Below, piece after piece: positions 18,451-29,272 of a DNA stretch of 63,906 nucleotides. A model generated the notes under the pieces. That model made no database searches, was not told the DNA's origin, and saw only the letters and a program-made list of their open reading frames with translations. The DNA is from Candidatus Omnitrophota bacterium (GTDB taxonomy: Bacteria; Omnitrophota; Omnitrophia; JAHJGZ01), in contig JAHJGZ010000007.1 in assembly GCA_018823795.1 (NCBI GenBank), positions 1 through 63,906 on the forward strand. The letters are read 5' to 3'. The stretch's first letter is position 1, and the number at the start of each line of letters is the position of its first letter. Both the position numbers and the translations under genes were made by a program.

Positions 18451-19827
18451 TTATGCTTTTTTTAATTTAAATATTTTATTCATAATATAAAAAGTATAAA
18501 ATCGATCATGTAATTTCTTAAAAAAAGCATTTGGAGGAATTATTTTAATTACAAACAAAGCACATTGATACAATGGAAAAGGCAATTTTGTTATTATACT
18601 GCCTAAGAGATAAATATTATAGCGAATATCTTTCTCTTTTTCTGAAAAACAAGAAAGAGTCGACTTCTGGATACATCCCGTCATATCACTTTTATGCAAC
18701 GTGCTGTTAATATAGCCTCTTTCAACACAATGATTAAATAAACGAGTACCTTTAATCGGGACAGTGGTTGAATAATTAGTATACGTCACTTTACCTTCAC
18801 GGCTCATTTCTATTGAATCAAGATCATCCTGTAAAGAAGATTCTGGCACCGCAAGCATATAATTGACCCACGTATTGATTCCATACCTTTTAATTTTTTT
18901 TAGCATATCAGAAATGGGAATCGCTTTCATGCTTCTATTTAATACGTGTTCCCTGATATGCTGCGAGGTACTATCAACAGAAAGATGCACTGAAAAACAA
19001 CCAGCCTCCTTGAGCAGCTTTAGCATCGCATCAGTAATACAATCAAATCTCAAATAACAATTGAATGGAATGCCGATTCGCTGAGCATATTTTTTCGTAA
19101 ATTCTTCAAGCCATGGATCGGCTTTCATAGCAAATAAATCATCACCAAACTTGATAAAAGACATTTGATACTCACTTCGCACCCTCTCAATTTCCTGAAT
19201 AATTCGTTCCACCGAAAAACGTCTTACTAATGGACCTTTGCCCTTGTACAAATCTTGATAATAATTATTACAGCAATATGCGCAAGAAAAAGGGCATCCT
19301 CGAGTTGCATAAAAAGTTTTTTTTTGTGTATCCTTAAGAAAAGAATTCGCTAAAACTAAATCTCTATCAGCAGGAGGAAGCGTATCCAAATCACTAATTA
19401 ATGATCGTATCGGATTAATTCTGTTTTTCGTAATAAGATTCTCTACAAAATCAAAAGATTCGCCTTTCTCAACATTACGCAAAAATTCCTGAAACGCGTA
19501 CTCCCCTTCCCCAATGCAATAGGCGTCTACACCACTTTCTGAAAATGTCTCTGGAGAAAATGTTCGATGAGGTCCTCCCATAATAGAGATAAATGAATGT
19601 CTCTTACAAGCCTCCTTATGGGCTTTAACCAGTGGAATAAATCCCTGGATATTAACTGAATACGCTATCACATCGGGTTTAATTGCATCAACCATAGAAA
19701 AAAAATCGTGACTATCAAGTGAACAAAAAAATGTTGAATGATGCAATTGTTTTGCCATAGCTGACAAATACGCAAGGGCAATATGGTCAGCGTATGAAAG
19801 TTCATAAATAACAAAAAGGATTTTCAT
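18451..19827 (-). CDS. B12-binding radical SAM protein
   Basis: GGPH..GEGE B12-binding domain; RGCPFSCAYC. Confidence 0.88.
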   Translation of the reverse strand: MKILFVIYELSYADHIALAYLSAMAKQLHHSTFFCSLDSHDFFSMVDAIKPDVIAYSVNIQGFIPLVKAHKEACKRHSFISIMGGPHRTFSPETFSESGVDAYCIGEGEYAFQEFLRNVEKGESFDFVENLITKNRINPIRSLISDLDTLPPADRDLVLANSFLKDTQKKTFYATRGCPFSCAYCCNNYYQDLYKGKGPLVRRFSVERIIQEIERVRSEYQMSFIKFGDDLFAMKADPWLEEFTKKYAQRIGIPFNCYLRFDCITDAMLKLLKEAGCFSVHLSVDSTSQHIREHVLNRSMKAIPISDMLKKIKRYGINTWVNYMLAVPESSLQDDLDSIEMSREGKVTYTNYSTTVPIKGTRLFNHCVERGYINSTLHKSDMTGCIQKSTLSCFSEKEKDIRYNIYLLGSIITKLPFPLYQCALFVIKIIPPNAFFKKLHDRFYTFYIMNKIFKLKKA

Positions 19828-19847
19828 TCTATTTTTGTGGTTCTAAA

Positions 19848-20546
19848 TTAAAATTTTAAAAGTTGATCGATAAAGAAGGATGGTATATTAAAAAACTCTT
19901 CAATGATAATAAACAACTCATTTAAACCATTTTTTACCGTATGTGTATAACTTTTCCCCGCAATGCGTTTCGGTTCATCACCCGATATCTCAGCAACTTT
20001 ATAACCTTTTTTTGCTAACCGAGCACTCAACCGTGTCTGAACAGGACGCCGCTTTATTTCAATACCTGCTTTTTGATACACATCACGTCGACAGGCACGA
20101 AAGAAATTGAGTACATCGGTATACTGTGCCTTAAACAAAACATTGACTAATGTAGTAAATAACCAATTACCAAGCCCACTGATGAGTGTATCATCATAGC
20201 TTTTTGCGTTATCCTTATAACGAGATACAATCACCATATCATACCCTTCTTTCATTTTCTCAACTAATTCAGGAATTTTTTCTGGTATACAATTACCGTC
20301 AGGAGTAAAATCAATTATTACATCACCCGTTGTTTGGTCAAACCCCTCTTTATATCCCTGTATAATGCCTTCTCCTTTTTGTGATAAAACATAAAACCCT
20401 TGCCCTCGTGCATATTCAACACTGCCATCTGTTGATCCTCCATCCACTATAATTATTTCATCGACCCAGGTCTTATCAACTCTTGGTAGAATTATTTTTA
20501 AACATTCAAATTCATTTAAACAAAGCATCACTAAAGAAAATTTCAT
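19848..20546 (-). CDS. GT2 glycosyltransferase (DPM1-like)
   Basis: IIIVDGGSTDGS, FTPDG and DMVIVSRY motifs. Confidence 0.88.
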   Translation of the reverse strand: MKFSLVMLCLNEFECLKIILPRVDKTWVDEIIIVDGGSTDGSVEYARGQGFYVLSQKGEGIIQGYKEGFDQTTGDVIIDFTPDGNCIPEKIPELVEKMKEGYDMVIVSRYKDNAKSYDDTLISGLGNWLFTTLVNVLFKAQYTDVLNFFRACRRDVYQKAGIEIKRRPVQTRLSARLAKKGYKVAEISGDEPKRIAGKSYTHTVKNGLNELFIIIEEFFNIPSFFIDQLLKF

Positions 20547-20557
20547 AATACAACCCC

Positions 20558-21532
20558 TTATCTCCCTTTACATTGACTGCGATACCATGTAATCGTTTTT
20601 TTTATGCCATCCGTCAATACGGTTTTCGCCGTAAATTTTAAAATACGTTTTGCTTTTGAAACATCAATTAATCGTTTGGGAATCATTGTTGGCTTAGAAG
20701 AATTAAAAACTATTTTTGCATCACAATAATTATCCGCAACTAACATAGCTTGTAATGCTTGTTTAATGCTACAGGGCTTGCCGGTGCCAATATTAACAGG
20801 GTCAAACGTTTCAATTTTTTCCATAGCTTCCAGTATTCCTTCGATAAAATCATCGATATATATAAAATCTTTAATATCATTACCGTCTCCCCACACCTCG
20901 ATCGGATCATGACGTTCAGCTACTTTTCGCATCAAGGCTGGCAGGACATGCGACGTTTCCCATTCAAAATCATCATAGGGCCCATAAATATTCGCTGGCC
21001 TGATGACTCCCACCTTCATAGGATTTTTAATCTTCTCGGCATACATTTGACATAAAATTTCTGTAAAACGTTTCATCCATCCCACACAAAAATACTTTTC
21101 AAACAAGTCACCTCCGACATCCTCTTCTTTTACGGGATAATCAGCAACTGGATAAACCGTATTACTGCTCAGCCATAAAAATTTATCAACTTTTGCCTGA
21201 TAGGCAGCATCAAGCATCAAAGTATTCATGATAATATTCGGCGTAACGTGGACAAGCGGGTCTTTCTCCATTACTGCTGCACCGGACGTATTTGCTGCAC
21301 ACATAAACACATAGTCCATGCCCTCAACAACTTTACGACAGTCTTCTTTCCTTGTTAAATCACATTTTATAAATTCAATTCTATCATCAACCAGTTGTGG
21401 TTCTCGAAGATGTACGGTAGCCCGAATGCGTACGTTATAATCAAGAAGTCTCTTTATGAGGTTCGTTCCTACAAAACCGGCTCCACCAGCTATCAATATC
21501 TTCCTATTTTTAAAAAATTCTGACACGATCAA
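20558..21532 (-). CDS. NAD-dependent epimerase/reductase (GDP-fucose synthase-like)
   Basis: GGAGFVG, RPANIYGP and SHVLPAL..VWGDG motifs. Confidence 0.85.
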   Translation of the reverse strand: MIVSEFFKNRKILIAGGAGFVGTNLIKRLLDYNVRIRATVHLREPQLVDDRIEFIKCDLTRKEDCRKVVEGMDYVFMCAANTSGAAVMEKDPLVHVTPNIIMNTLMLDAAYQAKVDKFLWLSSNTVYPVADYPVKEEDVGGDLFEKYFCVGWMKRFTEILCQMYAEKIKNPMKVGVIRPANIYGPYDDFEWETSHVLPALMRKVAERHDPIEVWGDGNDIKDFIYIDDFIEGILEAMEKIETFDPVNIGTGKPCSIKQALQAMLVADNYCDAKIVFNSSKPTMIPKRLIDVSKAKRILKFTAKTVLTDGIKKTITWYRSQCKGR

Positions 21533-21539
21533 ACTCCTT

Positions 21540-22043
21540 TTATAATGAATCTCTTTTTGAAAATATCGGGTTATCTACCGGCCAAGAAATATTAAACCGT
21601 TCATCATTCCATGCATACGTAAACTGTCTTTCACGATTATAATAGGTAGACTGCTTATAATGAAATATTACTTTATCACTAAGTGCGACATGCGCATTAC
21701 CATACAGCGGCGGCACTAATATCTGCTGTCGATTGTCTTCAGAAAGAATAAAAGATTGCCACTTTCCAAAATGAGCACTCTCTTCATCACAATTAACCAC
21801 AACAAAGAAAAACTTTCCCTGTAAACAGGTAATAAGCTTCCATGTTTGACGGTCACCATGAATGCCACGGAGTACATTCTTCTTCGATACCGAAATATCA
21901 TCCTGGATGAATTTAATCGTTATTCCATTATCGTTATACAGTTGCTCGTTATAAAGCTCAATATATTTACCGCGATGATCACAAAAAACATCGGGTTCAA
22001 TCACCAATACACCATCTAATTCTGTTGTAGTAACTTTTATCAT
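21540..22043 (-). CDS. RmlC-family NDP-sugar 3,5-epimerase
   Basis: DHRG, QDDISVSKKNVLRGIH and WND..I.WP motifs. Confidence 0.88.
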   Translation of the reverse strand: MIKVTTTELDGVLVIEPDVFCDHRGKYIELYNEQLYNDNGITIKFIQDDISVSKKNVLRGIHGDRQTWKLITCLQGKFFFVVVNCDEESAHFGKWQSFILSEDNRQQILVPPLYGNAHVALSDKVIFHYKQSTYYNRERQFTYAWNDERFNISWPVDNPIFSKRDSL

Positions 22044-22046
22044 GAT

Positions 22047-23030
22047 TTAAGTAAAATAATTCTTCTTTTTCTTATATTCATCCTGATGATTGACAAACCA
22101 CTCCCATGTTTCTTTCAGTCCATCCAACAAAGATGTTGTGGGGTTATAATCAATGAGGCTCTTTGCTCGGGATATATCCATAATTCTTTTTGGAAAACCG
22201 CTCGATTTGGTAGTATCAAAACGGTAGTTAAACGGCAAAAAGTTTGCAAGTGTTTCTACCAATTCTTTAATGGAATAACCTTTGCCGCTCCCTAAATTAA
22301 CAAATGATCCTTTTGTTCCATGATACAGTGCCAAAATGACTCCTTCGGCAACATCACGGCTAAATGCAAAATCACGAATAGCCGTTCCATCTCCCCATAC
22401 AACGACCGGATCTTCTTTGTGGTATATCCTATGCATTAATGTAGGAATAACCATTGCATTATGAGGATCGAAATTATCACCCGGGCCATACACATTACAC
22501 GGTCGCACAACAGAAAAATTGTCCGCATTATACTGAATTGCATAAGCCTGTATCTGTAGCTCTGCCATACGTTTAGCCCATCCCGGAAACATATCCATCG
22601 GATCCCCCTGAAAGCCATCGCACTCCTTAAAAATCTCGGCACTACCATAGGCGCCAATGGAACTTGTATATACTATCCTTTTAACTTTATTTTGACGACA
22701 TGCTTCAAGTACATTGGTATTAAACATTAATAATGGTACAAAGAAGCTTGCCGGCTTTTTCTTCGTTACTTCAATCGACCCTTTTACGCCTGCTAAATGG
22801 AAGACACAATCCATATCTTTGGTAAGTTTCTTACATAACGTAAAGTCAGTGAGATCCCCAAAAACATGTTTTGCCTTCTTATGAACTTTAATATCATCAA
22901 GTGAAACAATAACAACATGTGCAGCAGCAGAACAAAGTAAATCAACAACTCGTCTACCAATAAGTCCGGTACCACCCGTTACTAAAACATTTTTTCCTGC
23001 AAAACTTTTCAGCACTTCATCTTTGATCAT
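22047..23030 (-). CDS. NAD-dependent epimerase/reductase (GDP-fucose synthase-like)
   Basis: GGTGLIG, RPCNVYGPGDNFD and VWGDG..RDF motifs. Confidence 0.85.
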   Translation of the reverse strand: MIKDEVLKSFAGKNVLVTGGTGLIGRRVVDLLCSAAAHVVIVSLDDIKVHKKAKHVFGDLTDFTLCKKLTKDMDCVFHLAGVKGSIEVTKKKPASFFVPLLMFNTNVLEACRQNKVKRIVYTSSIGAYGSAEIFKECDGFQGDPMDMFPGWAKRMAELQIQAYAIQYNADNFSVVRPCNVYGPGDNFDPHNAMVIPTLMHRIYHKEDPVVVWGDGTAIRDFAFSRDVAEGVILALYHGTKGSFVNLGSGKGYSIKELVETLANFLPFNYRFDTTKSSGFPKRIMDISRAKSLIDYNPTTSLLDGLKETWEWFVNHQDEYKKKKNYFT

Positions 23031-23060
23031 AGTAATCCTTACATCCTTTACTTGAAAAAA

Positions 23061-24386
23061 TCAATATACCATTTGATGTTCTTGAAGGTAATGTTGTAAC
23101 TCTTTAATATTATTAATAATATCCGCTCGTGAAAAGGCCTTGCCCCAGCGGGTTGTTTCCTCATATTCAAACGGTAGGCCAAAGTGTTCTTCATCAGAAA
23201 AACGATACAACAAATGCGCGTGTTTTCTCCAATCATTATCGATATATTTAATTCCATACTGCGTACTATTCTTAAAAATAGCAGAGCCCGGCATAGGACA
23301 AAACCCAGAAATGTTTACATAATCAGGTTGCACCTCATCAATAAATTTTCGTGTACTCTCAACAATATTCAATGGTTCCCCGGGCAGTCCCAAGATAAGA
23401 CACATTTTTACTTTAATGCCAACGGATTTACATGTGTCAATAAAAGATCGTGCCTGCTGCACCGTCTGACCTTTATGTATTATATCTAATACCTCTTGCG
23501 AAGCACTTTCAACACCTACCGCAAGTTCAACGCAACCAGCATCATGCGCTAATTCAAGTATCTCCTTCGACGCACCAATCCGTGTCTGTCCTCGCCACAG
23601 AACCTGCTGTCGTCCAAGAGCACGCACATAGGGAGTAGCCACTTCCGGTTTAACGGGGATACATATTTCATCTCTTAAATTAATTCCTTTCACCGCATAG
23701 GTATCTTTTAAATAGGCAATTTCCGATTCTATAAGCTCAGGTTTCCGCATATGCACCATAGGGGGAGTATTATACACACAGTAGGCACACTGAAAATTAC
23801 AACCACGAGAAAACATTGCTGAGGTTCCCGCAATACCGTCAAATTTTTCAAAAAGCACGGTATTAACAATAGTAGATTCCGGTAAATAATGTCTGCGAGG
23901 AAAAGGATATTTATTAAAATCGCTGGATTGCCAATCAGACGTATATATTTTTTTGAGTTCCCCTTTACGACAATCATTAATAATAGTAATAAACGATTCT
24001 TCCCCGGGACCGGTTACGAGGGCGTCGAAAGATTCTGCGCATTCCGGTAAAAAATTGTCAATATGTGTTCCACCTGCAGCATGTTTTGCTTTTTTGTATA
24101 TGTTGCGGATCGCATTCACAACATCGACGATTTCAAAATAATCTGCTGATTTGGCAATCCAATAGAGATACAAATCATGCTCTGCAATATATGAAGCTAT
24201 TTTCTCTCGCTCTACCTGACCATCACGGTTACGCAGCTGCCGTAAATCAATAACACTAACCGTCACGCCTTTACCGGCGAAACGATCATCAATAACCGTT
24301 GCAAAATAGAGCTCGTTTAACGGCTGCAATTTAAAAGGATTCTTAAAATAATGCCATGTCGGCACAATTATACCGATTGAAAACAT
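23061..24386 (-). CDS. B12-binding radical SAM protein
   Basis: GGTH..GPGE, RGCNFQCAYC and GVESASQ motifs. Confidence 0.88.
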   Translation of the reverse strand: MFSIGIIVPTWHYFKNPFKLQPLNELYFATVIDDRFAGKGVTVSVIDLRQLRNRDGQVEREKIASYIAEHDLYLYWIAKSADYFEIVDVVNAIRNIYKKAKHAAGGTHIDNFLPECAESFDALVTGPGEESFITIINDCRKGELKKIYTSDWQSSDFNKYPFPRRHYLPESTIVNTVLFEKFDGIAGTSAMFSRGCNFQCAYCVYNTPPMVHMRKPELIESEIAYLKDTYAVKGINLRDEICIPVKPEVATPYVRALGRQQVLWRGQTRIGASKEILELAHDAGCVELAVGVESASQEVLDIIHKGQTVQQARSFIDTCKSVGIKVKMCLILGLPGEPLNIVESTRKFIDEVQPDYVNISGFCPMPGSAIFKNSTQYGIKYIDNDWRKHAHLLYRFSDEEHFGLPFEYEETTRWGKAFSRADIINNIKELQHYLQEHQMVY

Positions 24387-24503
24387 CTATGCTCCTCTTA
24401 AAACAAAATATTTTTTCGATTGTGTAAAATTTATTTCTCTGTACGTAATTGCTCTGTTACACACTATTGTTCAGTGTAAAAAACTCTTATTGCCTGCCCG
24501 TAT

Positions 24504-25262
24504 TTATTCCAACACAATGTATGATGTTCGAGACGCATAACGATACCGTTCGATTTTAACCGTATAATTTTTGAGCACTTCACGCAATGCGATTGTTTCA
24601 CCAGGAGAATCGGGATCGTTTAATTCATCGAAACCTATGACACTCCCCTTTGCGACGTGTGGCAAAATAAGCTTCAAACATTCCTTCGTTGGTTCATAAA
24701 GGTCAAAATCAAAATAAGCAAGAGCAATAATAGTCTCGGGATGTTTTGTAAGATACTTTTTTATTCCAACAATCGCATCGCCGGGACATAATTCAAATTT
24801 CTTAATATGTGCAAGAGGATTATCTTTTTCCTGCAACTCTAAAATCTTCTCTAAATATTTGACATAATTTTTAGAAACACATAGATTCCCTTTCTTCATC
24901 AACTCAGAGCTGCCATCTTTCTGTGATATTCCGGGGAACCCTTCAAATGTATCAAAACCAATGATTTTTCTATGACGATTAAACGTATCGTATATTCCAC
25001 GAAGCGCCGCAAATAAAGCCAGATTTTGTCCCCAGCGTACACCAAATTCAACAATACTGCCTTGCAGGTCGATAATTTTTCGATAGAGATGGTCCATAAA
25101 AAGAACACGAGACAAATTTTTAGAATTCAAAAATAAACCTAGATTAGATAAAATCTGTTCATCGGGAATAGGACATTTTTTAAAATGGCGAACAAATTGC
25201 AGCAGAGTCTGTTTTTCTTTCTGGCTCGCATAGGTCGTATTCGCGAGCTGTTTCTTTTTCAT
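24504..25262 (-). CDS. TylF/MycF-like sugar O-methyltransferase
   Basis: GSIVEFGV, GFDTFEGFP, DFDLYEPT and FDE...PGE motifs. Confidence 0.8.
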   Translation of the reverse strand: MKKKQLANTTYASQKEKQTLLQFVRHFKKCPIPDEQILSNLGLFLNSKNLSRVLFMDHLYRKIIDLQGSIVEFGVRWGQNLALFAALRGIYDTFNRHRKIIGFDTFEGFPGISQKDGSSELMKKGNLCVSKNYVKYLEKILELQEKDNPLAHIKKFELCPGDAIVGIKKYLTKHPETIIALAYFDFDLYEPTKECLKLILPHVAKGSVIGFDELNDPDSPGETIALREVLKNYTVKIERYRYASRTSYIVLE

Positions 25263-25286
25263 AACTAATCTCCTCCTCTTACCTGT

Positions 25287-26402
25287 CTATTCACTACACA
25301 CATAAATGGGAACATCTTTTTCCCAACCATACGCAATAACTAATGCCCAATAACGAATCCTTCCTTCTATTAAATCATAATCATACTGACCACTTCTGTC
25401 CGTTGTCTTGATAACCCGTAACGGCCGTATCCTCTCTTCACCCTTTATTTTTTCTGCTAAATCAGCAGGACTGGGACAGAAGCCTAATTTGTTTTCGCGT
25501 GCTTCGGTAAGTGAATAATATGTTTGTAACTGTTTATTTTCTACAACACGTATACGTTTCGGTGCACCATACACACATTGGGTCGTAAATACCGCATTAA
25601 TTTTCTTATAATCCTCTTCTGATAGTTTGAAATCAGTCGCGGCTGCATTTTCTTTTATATGGATTAAACTTTCTGCTTTAGGAATTGCAACAACAGCGTT
25701 ATGAGAAACAAGCCAATTAAGAGCAACTTGAGCGCCTGTTTTTTTATATTTCACCGCAATATTCTCCAACAGTTCAAGCTTTTCCTGACTATCGGCGATT
25801 GCTCCCCTGTTCAATGGACTATACGCAATCAATGTTATCCCATTCTGCTCGCAAAAGGGGAGTATATCATCTTCAATACTACGATCGAATAAATTATACT
25901 CAAGTTCAATAGAAACAATACTTGAAACAGAAAGGAGCTTTTTGATTTCTGTACATGCTTTTAACGAAACATTGCCAACGCCAAGATAGCGCACTTTGCC
26001 ATCCTTTACGAGTTGTTCCATGGCACGCACGGTCTCTGAAATAGGAATGGTCGGATGTGGCCAATGAATTTGATATACATCAATATAATCGGTCTGTAAT
26101 CGACGAAGGCTGCCCTCTGCAGCATTCAAGACACCCTTGTAGTCACTATGTTCAGGAGAAAATTTTGTTGCTACACAGACCCGTTTCCGTATACCGCGAA
26201 TAACCTCTCCTATCATTTCTTCTGCAGCACCACCGCCATACTCTTCAGCAGTATCAATAAAGGTCATTCCTAATTCTATTCCCAATCGCAAAGCATCCCT
26301 TTGTTTTTCTCCATACTGAGCACTTCGTGCTAACGCACCTCCAATACCGGTCCCCTGACCTATAACCGGTACCATTTGATCAGTATTTCCCAACCTTTTC
26401 AT
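25287..26402 (-). CDS. Aldo/keto reductase with C-terminal extension
   Basis: IDTAEEYG, ATKF, YQIHWP, AYSPL and IPK motifs. Confidence 0.85.
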   Translation of the reverse strand: MKRLGNTDQMVPVIGQGTGIGGALARSAQYGEKQRDALRLGIELGMTFIDTAEEYGGGAAEEMIGEVIRGIRKRVCVATKFSPEHSDYKGVLNAAEGSLRRLQTDYIDVYQIHWPHPTIPISETVRAMEQLVKDGKVRYLGVGNVSLKACTEIKKLLSVSSIVSIELEYNLFDRSIEDDILPFCEQNGITLIAYSPLNRGAIADSQEKLELLENIAVKYKKTGAQVALNWLVSHNAVVAIPKAESLIHIKENAAATDFKLSEEDYKKINAVFTTQCVYGAPKRIRVVENKQLQTYYSLTEARENKLGFCPSPADLAEKIKGEERIRPLRVIKTTDRSGQYDYDLIEGRIRYWALVIAYGWEKDVPIYVCSE

Positions 26403-26445
26403 GGACTGGTAGTTCCCCTATATAATTTTTTTAAGAGTAGTATCC

Positions 26446-27405
26446 TTACATCTCTTCAAGCCACGCTCGAATTGTTTTTGTTATACTCGTCACATCCAAA
26501 CCATACAGTGAATGCATCCACGATCGGTCTCCGTAGCCATTATATTTGAGATCGGCTAGAGCAATACGTTTAAGAGGAATTGATTTTTTCGTATCGGTAA
26601 GTAATTCACTAATGATACTGCCAATGCCACCACTCATTGAATGTTCTTCCAACGTTACAATAGATTTATACTGCGCAACATAGTGCAATAGTTCTTGCTT
26701 ATTTAACGGCTTTATTCTATACATATCAATAATACCGGCATCAATGCCGTCTCGAGCTAGTGCAGACGCAGTTTGATGCGCCTGATGAACCATACTACCT
26801 GTTGCAATAATCAATACACTATTCCCCTCCTTCACGTGAGCAATGCCGCTTGAAAAATCATACTCGTGATCATACAAAACAGGCCATAGTCCTTTATCAA
26901 GACGTACATAGATTGGACCATCACTTGTATACGCTTGCTGTGCAAAGCGAGACGCTGCTATCGAATCAGCAGGACTTAAAATAGTTATCTCAGGAAGCAC
27001 CCGCATAATGGCAATATCGTGAATGGCATGATGCGTCGGCCCATCACTATTGTATGCAATACCAGGACCAACACCGATCACGGTTATGGGAAGAGCCATA
27101 CCACACACATCAACTTTAATTTGTTCATAGCAACGCTGCGTTATAAATGAAGCGATTGCGTATATAAAAACCCTCTTTCCCCCGAGTGCCAATCCTGCTG
27201 CAACACTGACCATATTTTGTTCAGCAACACCAACATTAATATATTGCTGAGGTAAATCTTTTTTAAAACGAACGAGGCTATGCGCACTCATATCAGCGGT
27301 AAGGAAAATCACTTTCGGATCATTTTTCGCAATCTGATACAATGCATCAAAAAAAGCATCTCGTATATCAATGTCGGATAACGCCATTCTTTCATCCTCA
27401 TTCAT
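26446..27405 (-). CDS. Transketolase-like, C-terminal subunit
   Basis: NVGVAEQNM, GPTHH and TLEEH..GGIGS motifs. Confidence 0.88.
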   Translation of the reverse strand: MNEDERMALSDIDIRDAFFDALYQIAKNDPKVIFLTADMSAHSLVRFKKDLPQQYINVGVAEQNMVSVAAGLALGGKRVFIYAIASFITQRCYEQIKVDVCGMALPITVIGVGPGIAYNSDGPTHHAIHDIAIMRVLPEITILSPADSIAASRFAQQAYTSDGPIYVRLDKGLWPVLYDHEYDFSSGIAHVKEGNSVLIIATGSMVHQAHQTASALARDGIDAGIIDMYRIKPLNKQELLHYVAQYKSIVTLEEHSMSGGIGSIISELLTDTKKSIPLKRIALADLKYNGYGDRSWMHSLYGLDVTSITKTIRAWLEEM

Positions 27406-28228
27406 TATAAGACAGTTCTTTCCTGGCAATTGCTAGTTCCTGTTCCGTCGGAATGCCGTGATGCCATTTAATCGTGCCTTCCATAAAAGAAACCCCTTTA
27501 CCCTTAACAGTATGCGCAATTATGGCAAGAGGCCTGTCTGAAGGCCGATCATGAATATTCTTTAAAGTCGATACTATTTCTTTAAATGAATGGCCATCAA
27601 TAGTAGCGACATCCCACCCAAACGACAACCATTTATCCTTAAGCGGTTCTAAACGATTGCAATCTTCAGTACAATCGGTTACACAGTGTTGATTACGATC
27701 AATCACCGCAATAAGCTTACCAAGCCCGTGATGTCCCGCAAACATGGCCGCTTCCCATACCGATCCTTCATAACATTCCCCATCACCAAGCATAACAACG
27801 GTTATAAAACTTTTGTTATCCATCTTTCCACTCAATGCTAATCCGGCACCAATACCCAATCCATGGCCTAAAGAACCGGTATCTGCTTCAACACCAGGTA
27901 TACGTTTATCAGGATGTCCGCCCAACATACTTCCATTCTGACAAAATGATTTTAATTCACTCTGAGAAAAAAAACCCAAATCCGATAATAATGCATAAAG
28001 AACCACTCCTGAATGCCCCTTACTCAGGATAAACCGATCCCTTTCTTTCCAATCGGGCTTTTTCGGATCAATATGTAAAAATCCGCCATAATACAATGCT
28101 ACTAATATATCCGTACAAGAAAAGGCCCCACCAATGTGTCCTTTCCCTGAAGATACAATCATTTCTAATATTTGACGCCGTATATATCGTGCCTTTTTCT
28201 CAAAATCCGCGCTCGTAGTTATTTTCAT
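27398..28228 (-). CDS. Transketolase-like, N-terminal subunit
   Basis: GHIGG, DRFILSKGH, TGSLGHG and GDGECYEG motifs. Confidence 0.9.
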   Translation of the reverse strand: MKITTSADFEKKARYIRRQILEMIVSSGKGHIGGAFSCTDILVALYYGGFLHIDPKKPDWKERDRFILSKGHSGVVLYALLSDLGFFSQSELKSFCQNGSMLGGHPDKRIPGVEADTGSLGHGLGIGAGLALSGKMDNKSFITVVMLGDGECYEGSVWEAAMFAGHHGLGKLIAVIDRNQHCVTDCTEDCNRLEPLKDKWLSFGWDVATIDGHSFKEIVSTLKNIHDRPSDRPLAIIAHTVKGKGVSFMEGTIKWHHGIPTEQELAIARKELSYNE

Positions 28229-29272
28229 TTAAAAAGGTCCTTTGAACTTATTTTCGTAACTATAAAAGTCTTCTCCTGATAAATCGGTTTCCGGTAATCC
28301 TAACTTTTCTTCCACTGCGCGAATAATATTGATCGCATTTGGATAGAAACAATCTTCAAGCGGACGCGTACAAGGGCATGGCGTAAATGCAAAACCGATA
28401 CGCCGCACAGGACTCTTGAGGAGACCAAAACAGTCCTCAGCAATACGGGCTGCCACTTCAGCACTAAATCCGCAATGAAGCCAATCATTATCAACAACAA
28501 TACAATGCCCGGTCTTCTTTACTGAATTAATAAGCAGCAATTCATCAAGCGGAGTTATGGATACCGGATCAATTATTTCAATAGCAACCCCTTGTCGGTG
28601 TAAAACCTCCGCAGCTTTTAAAGCCTCAACGTTCATCCACGAAGTTGCAATAATGGTCAGGTCTTTTCCTTCACGTAATACCCGTCCTTTTCCCAGGGGA
28701 AGTGGATCCGCTTCAATAGGAACCTCTCCGACGACATCATATAACCACCGATGTTCAATACAAATAACCGGATTATCATCTCGTATTGCTGCAATAAGTG
28801 TTGCTTTCACATCACGTGGTGTCGAAGGTAAAACAACCTTCAACCCGGGAACATGTGCAAAACATGAATGCATTGTTTTACTATGCTGATATGCCTGTCC
28901 CCACCCTCGACCGACAATGGCCCTAATAACCATAGGGACTTTGATATGACCATTTGTTCCATAGCGATAGCTTGAAATCATATTCACCAGTTGATTCATA
29001 GCCAGCAACATAAAATCGACTCGCATATGAACATGAATAGGCCGCAAGCCGTTGATGGCAGCGCCAAGACCAAAACCGCTCATCGCATCTTCTGACAATG
29101 GCGTGCTAAAACACCGTTCGGGACCAAATTTTTCTAATAATCCTTTTGTAGAACCAAAAATACGCTTATGGTCTGCTACATCAATACCATATACAAAAAC
29201 GGCTGGATCGCGTTCCATTTCACTGATAAGTGCCTCATTAATTGCATCACGATACGTTATCGTTCTCATCAC
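28229..29272 (-). CDS. Alpha-ketoacid dehydrogenase E1 beta-like subunit
   Basis: FGPERCFSTPLSE, QHS..PGLKVV and DNPVICIEH motifs. Confidence 0.88.
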   Translation of the reverse strand: MMRTITYRDAINEALISEMERDPAVFVYGIDVADHKRIFGSTKGLLEKFGPERCFSTPLSEDAMSGFGLGAAINGLRPIHVHMRVDFMLLAMNQLVNMISSYRYGTNGHIKVPMVIRAIVGRGWGQAYQHSKTMHSCFAHVPGLKVVLPSTPRDVKATLIAAIRDDNPVICIEHRWLYDVVGEVPIEADPLPLGKGRVLREGKDLTIIATSWMNVEALKAAEVLHRQGVAIEIIDPVSITPLDELLLINSVKKTGHCIVVDNDWLHCGFSAEVAARIAEDCFGLLKSPVRRIGFAFTPCPCTRPLEDCFYPNAINIIRAVEEKLGLPETDLSGEDFYSYENKFKGPF

